Positions 26,121-29,734 of a stretch of 29,734 bases of DNA are shown piece by piece. The notes beneath the pieces were generated by a model that made no database searches, was not told the origin of the DNA, and saw only the letters and a list, made by a program, of their open reading frames with translations. The DNA comes from a virus (Duplodnaviria; Caudoviricetes). Every line of letters begins with the position of its first letter. Position 1 is the stretch's first letter. The translations under genes were made by a program, and so were the position numbers. The stretch covers positions 1 through 29,734 of IMG/VR virus record IMGVR_UViG_3300043409_000969; one strand, given 5' to 3'.

Positions 26121-26191
26121 TCCACTGCGTGGTGGTACGCATCGACTCCATCGCACCATGATATGAGTACAGATATTGGTGGGGTGAGTCT

Positions 26192-26419
26192 ATGAGTCCA
26201 GAGATGTGGGTGCAGATTGGTATCCAAGCTTTTATCACGACGGTGAGTATCGGTGCCGCTTGGGTTGCACTACAGGTCAGGCTGACGCGCCTGGAGACTC
26301 AGGTGGCACACATCATCTCAACGCTCGATGGACAACAGCAGGAAGTGCGCCGCATCGAACAGAGACTCGGTAAACTTGAGAACAAGGTTTCCGCTTTGGA
26401 GGCGATCATACAAAGATGA
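26192..26419 (+). CDS. Single-TM coiled-coil membrane protein (lysis-accessory / holin-like)
   Basis: N-terminal hydrophobic helix followed by heptads LTRLETQV...IEQRLGKLENKVSALE. Confidence 0.65.
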   Translation: MSPEMWVQIGIQAFITTVSIGAAWVALQVRLTRLETQVAHIISTLDGQQQEVRRIEQRLGKLENKVSALEAIIQR

Positions 26420-26667
26420 ACAGTATCAGTGTTAAGAGACTCGTGGTCGTTGTGATCGTGGCTTTTACAGCTGCCTTTACCAGCGTTTTCGGTGATGGCG
26501 TCCGGACAAGCGAAGCGAAGGACATCTCCGAGCTGGGCGCAGTGCTGGCACTCTACGGAAGCAAGGCGGTAGCGGCTGGTGTCTCCGCTGCGGTGTCCAG
26601 TGTGCTGGCTTTCCTCACGATGCCGTTCAAGGGTACGAATGCGAACTCGCTGAAGGTGGGCAAATGA
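26416..26667 (+). CDS. Putative holin (2 TM)
   Basis: 83 aa, two hydrophobic segments, basic C-terminus; ATGA-coupled. Confidence 0.55.
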   Translation: MNSISVKRLVVVVIVAFTAAFTSVFGDGVRTSEAKDISELGAVLALYGSKAVAAGVSAAVSSVLAFLTMPFKGTNANSLKVGK

Positions 26668-26891
26668 ACTTTGTAAACTTTGACATTGTCAAGGAACCAG
26701 CACCATCAACCGATTGGCGTGTCTTTGGCGATATCTACGACGATTCAAACAACCTTATAGGTACATTTGGGCCAGATGGAACCAGTGTCAATTTATGGTG
26801 GGTCACACAGGATGAGTTGTTTCAGTCGCAGATTGTCAGACAGTTTGCTGTTGTGATGGCTCAACAGATTACAAGTGGAGATGCCGAGTAA
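26664..26891 (+). CDS. Hypothetical protein (75 aa)
   Basis: Coupled to both neighbours (ATGA and TAATG overlaps). Confidence 0.7.
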   Translation: MNFVNFDIVKEPAPSTDWRVFGDIYDDSNNLIGTFGPDGTSVNLWWVTQDELFQSQIVRQFAVVMAQQITSGDAE

Positions 26892-29065
26892 TGGCAACTT
26901 ATTACGTTCGACCCGATGGTAACAATGGCAATACAGGCACTGGCTCAGGCACTGGTCAAGCGTGGGCAACGGTTGCGTATGCCCTTGCAAATGCCGCGTT
27001 ACCGGATGCAACGAACACCATCTATATCGCTCCCGGCACTTATCGCGGTACGGTGACTTTGTCCATTACGCCGAGTGTGTCTAATACATTGGTAGTGGCT
27101 GGTGACCCTACAGCCGCACAGTTTACAGGTGTAACCGCTGGACGTGTTCGCATCACGACGTTTACGACGGATAACACTGGCACACCGACATCAAGCCAGA
27201 CTTTGACCTGTGACAATAAGACCTACTTCACGTTGCGTAATTTGCACATAGAGGGATATCAGACAACTAACGGGACAGGTATAGCACACTTCCTAAACAG
27301 CAAAAATTACACAGTTGAAAAATGTTTATTTACACATTACAGACGCGCGTCAGGTGCAAGTTGTGTATTTGTTACAACGACTACAACGACAGCAATCAAT
27401 GCCACTTTTGATAAATGTGTAATCTTCAATGGATATGCGGGATTAAACATTGTCAGTCCAGCCACTGGGTCAACATTTGATTTAGGTGTAACTGTAAAAG
27501 ATACGATTATTACACTAACAAATAACGCTGTGATTATTTCAAATCCATCAGAAGGTGCTGGTGTTGGTAATGGTGTTACGTTTTACAACTGCATACTGCA
27601 AGGTTCAGCAACTCTGTATCTTCGTACAACCAACACAACCAACAAAACATTGTTTTACAATAATGCAATTGTTGCATTTGCTGGTATTGGCTTAGATGCA
27701 AGCTCTAACGCTGTGACCGAAGATTACAACAGGTTTTCGTGTACGACCGATAGGAGTGGGCCAGCTGCTGGAAGTAACTCACAGTCTGGCGTGTTTGGTT
27801 CGGACTTTGACTACAGCCGTATTACTGGTTTATATGCTCTTGATTTCTGGGCTTCTTACAATGGGTCAATCGCACAGAATACAGGCACATTGTCAGGCGC
27901 ACCGACTGTAGATATCTTTGGTGATGCTTGGTCAAGTACAAACCCAGATGTCGGATCCGCAACATTCAAGATTGCATCCTCTGTTGGCGCGTATAACCCA
28001 TCTGAGCGCAACGCATCCACCATCACAATCGCTCCCGGCTCAACCTCCCAATCAATCGAACTCTACCTTGGTGCTACAGGTCTCACCTATGCCACCTCCG
28101 GTCTAGCGGCATACTACGTCCGCAATCAGAGCGCACCGGTGGCTATCACGCTGGTCACGCAGACAGCAACAGGCGCGTGGTCATCTGGTGGCTTCGCTGA
28201 GATAAGCTCCTCCCTTGTGCCGGGCGTGTATCGGCTTGATGTCCCTAACGCCGCATTTGCTGCTGGCGCAAGTGATGTCACTATCGTGGTGCGTGGTGCG
28301 TCTGGTACTAACGGGGCGGTGCTGACGGTTACGCTGAGTAGTGGTGGCTTGACGGCAGCGCAGACAGCGGCGGCGATATTTAACGCTGCGACAACTGACT
28401 ACACTGCAAACGGCACATACGGACTGAACCTTCTTCGCGCTGATCAACAGAACAAGCAAGGTCTGGTCACGCTCCATTCGTCTGGTGGAATCAATAGGGT
28501 GGATGCTGATGTGCATGCCATACAAAATGATGCAGCAGCCGCAACATATTTGAAGGGTGCATTACTTCACGACGGTACGGGTTATGTGGATGCTGACGTT
28601 GTACGCGTCTCAACAAGCATCGCAGCTGCTAATGAGTTGGAAGGCGCTCTGCTTCACAACGGCACCGACTACATCTCGGCAGATCTGTTGACTCCTGTGT
28701 CAGCTGCGACCAGCGTTCACATCGGGCCTTATCAACTCCTGGCTGATGGCTTAGGTGCTGATCAGCCACTTGATGTCAATGTCGGCACCGCCACAAGCAT
28801 CGATGTTCAGGTCACGGATGCGAATGGCACTGGCATCGACATCACAGGTGCGACAACATCGGCGAAGGTTTACAACGCCGGTGGAACACTCGTGGCAACG
28901 TACAGCGGAACAGCCACGTATGCGGACAATGGTCGACTGACATTCGGTCTCACGACTACGGTCACGAACACATCTGGCACGTACACTGTGACTGTGACCA
29001 GGACAACCGGAGCGACCGACACGCAGATCTTTGGACCGCTGAGATTGTATGTGAGGCCAGTATGA
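26891..29065 (+). CDS. Virion appendage protein with N-terminal pectin-lyase-like beta-helix and C-terminal Ig/BppU-like domain
   Basis: TYYV..DG...N.G.....W.T...A...TIYIAPGTY cap motif; Asn/Cys-ladder strands (TLRNLHIEG, TVEKCLF, TFDKCVI, TFYNCIL); C-terminal D.NG..IDITG. Confidence 0.7.
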   Translation: MATYYVRPDGNNGNTGTGSGTGQAWATVAYALANAALPDATNTIYIAPGTYRGTVTLSITPSVSNTLVVAGDPTAAQFTGVTAGRVRITTFTTDNTGTPTSSQTLTCDNKTYFTLRNLHIEGYQTTNGTGIAHFLNSKNYTVEKCLFTHYRRASGASCVFVTTTTTTAINATFDKCVIFNGYAGLNIVSPATGSTFDLGVTVKDTIITLTNNAVIISNPSEGAGVGNGVTFYNCILQGSATLYLRTTNTTNKTLFYNNAIVAFAGIGLDASSNAVTEDYNRFSCTTDRSGPAAGSNSQSGVFGSDFDYSRITGLYALDFWASYNGSIAQNTGTLSGAPTVDIFGDAWSSTNPDVGSATFKIASSVGAYNPSERNASTITIAPGSTSQSIELYLGATGLTYATSGLAAYYVRNQSAPVAITLVTQTATGAWSSGGFAEISSSLVPGVYRLDVPNAAFAAGASDVTIVVRGASGTNGAVLTVTLSSGGLTAAQTAAAIFNAATTDYTANGTYGLNLLRADQQNKQGLVTLHSSGGINRVDADVHAIQNDAAAATYLKGALLHDGTGYVDADVVRVSTSIAAANELEGALLHNGTDYISADLLTPVSAATSVHIGPYQLLADGLGADQPLDVNVGTATSIDVQVTDANGTGIDITGATTSAKVYNAGGTLVATYSGTATYADNGRLTFGLTTTVTNTSGTYTVTVTRTTGATDTQIFGPLRLYVRPV

Positions 29066-29418
29066 GTGTAAACATTTTACAGATCACCGAAGATCCGGAA
29101 CAGGTCACGCAGATTGCAGCCTGGACCGGAGACTGGCACACGTACGTGCTCCGCTTGGTCGATGACAACGGTAGTCCGATTGACATCACGACAGGCACTC
29201 TGGCGGCGACATACACGAATGCCTTTACAGGCGTTGCTTATTCGTTCGGCGGAGGAAGCGCCACGCTCACGAAGTCTCTCTCCTCACAGGGCATTGTGAC
29301 GGTCCTCAACCCTGCTGCATATCCAACAGCAGCTGTCGTGCGTCTGACTTTGTCGTTCACTGTGTCGACTACCGTGCGCCGCTTCGGACCACTGCTCATC
29401 GAGGTCCTGGCACCGTGA
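29062..29418 (+). CDS. Small Ig/BppU-like structural protein, paralogous to the C-terminus of the upstream gene
   Basis: Shares D.NG..IDIT and terminal FGPL...V with the last ~100 aa of the 724-aa protein. Confidence 0.65.
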   Translation: MSVNILQITEDPEQVTQIAAWTGDWHTYVLRLVDDNGSPIDITTGTLAATYTNAFTGVAYSFGGGSATLTKSLSSQGIVTVLNPAAYPTAAVVRLTLSFTVSTTVRRFGPLLIEVLAP

Positions 29419-29734
29419 CCGTCAAGGTCGACCTGTCCGGCTTTGACGATGCGGAGAAGCGTTTTCGCATGCTGGCTGTATTTTTGCAGAAGGCAGTGAG
29501 TGCTGCTTATACCGGCATGATTGCAAGTATGACTGGACCGAAGTCAGGACGCAGGTACAAGATACCCTTTACACAAACGACGTATCGAGCATCTGCGCCA
29601 GGAGAAGCACCAGCTGCGCCGACTGGTGCTCTTAGGACATCGATCTTGATTAGCCCAGTAAACGACTACGAGTACATCATCAGTATCTCGAAGCCTTATG
29701 GCAAGATACTCGAGTTCAAGAAGAACAGACCGTT
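29415..29734 (+). CDS. 5' part of HK97 gp10-like neck/tail-completion protein (continues to 197); missing from the ORF track
   Basis: GTGA-coupled start; MTVKVDLSGF...KSGRRY...ASAPGEAPAAPTGALRTSI...LEF...RP. Confidence 0.82.
   Translation, partial: MTVKVDLSGFDDAEKRFRMLAVFLQKAVSAAYTGMIASMTGPKSGRRYKIPFTQTTYRASAPGEAPAAPTGALRTSILISPVNDYEYIISISKPYGKILEFKKNRP
29608..29734. repeat. Terminal direct repeat, right copy (identical to 1-127)
   Basis: Exact 127-nt match to the window start. Confidence 0.95.

Noticed and set aside
29608-29734. 127-bp terminal repeat as a biological DTR or att site
   Set aside because: The length equals a common assembler k-mer and it falls mid-gene; best explained as circular contig overlap
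1-29734. Apparent abundance of TCGA-containing palindromes as a methylation or restriction signal
   Set aside because: Not quantified; plausibly due to NTC-GAN codon pairs, and no methyltransferase gene was seen
1-29734. Integrase, tRNA, reverse transcriptase/DGR, intein or alternative genetic code
   Set aside because: No supporting motifs seen; genes tile the genome under the standard code with all three stop codons in use

Overview
The window is a complete, circularly assembled tailed-phage (siphovirus-like) genome of about 29,607 bp; positions 1-127 are repeated at 29608-29734, most likely as an assembler overlap. It has four parts. (i) A rightward tail operon with a -1 frameshifted tail chaperone, ending in a CHAP endolysin. 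(ii) A leftward early operon with ERF recombinase, HNH, a Tad2/DUF2829-like protein and ThyX. (iii) A rightward regulation/replication block with a Cro-like HTH, a sigma70-family factor, VRR-NUC, RepB-like primase, PriCT/AAA_25 helicase, a putative origin, an SSB-like gene and two more Tad2-like genes. (iv) An HK97-like packaging/head/neck block interrupted by holin-like genes and a beta-helix protein. I saw no integrase, partition genes, tRNA or CRISPR. The most interesting signals are regulatory: a tandem-HTH protein fused to a Tad2-like (immune-signal sponge) domain, a candidate ~64-nt trans-acting sRNA complementary to the ribosome-binding sites of the helicase and sigma-operon genes, an operator-like motif shared by two sites 7 kb apart, and a set of '-10 box-N6-ATG' leaderless starts that may match a specificity change in the phage sigma factor. 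All family assignments are from motif recognition by eye; no searches were run.
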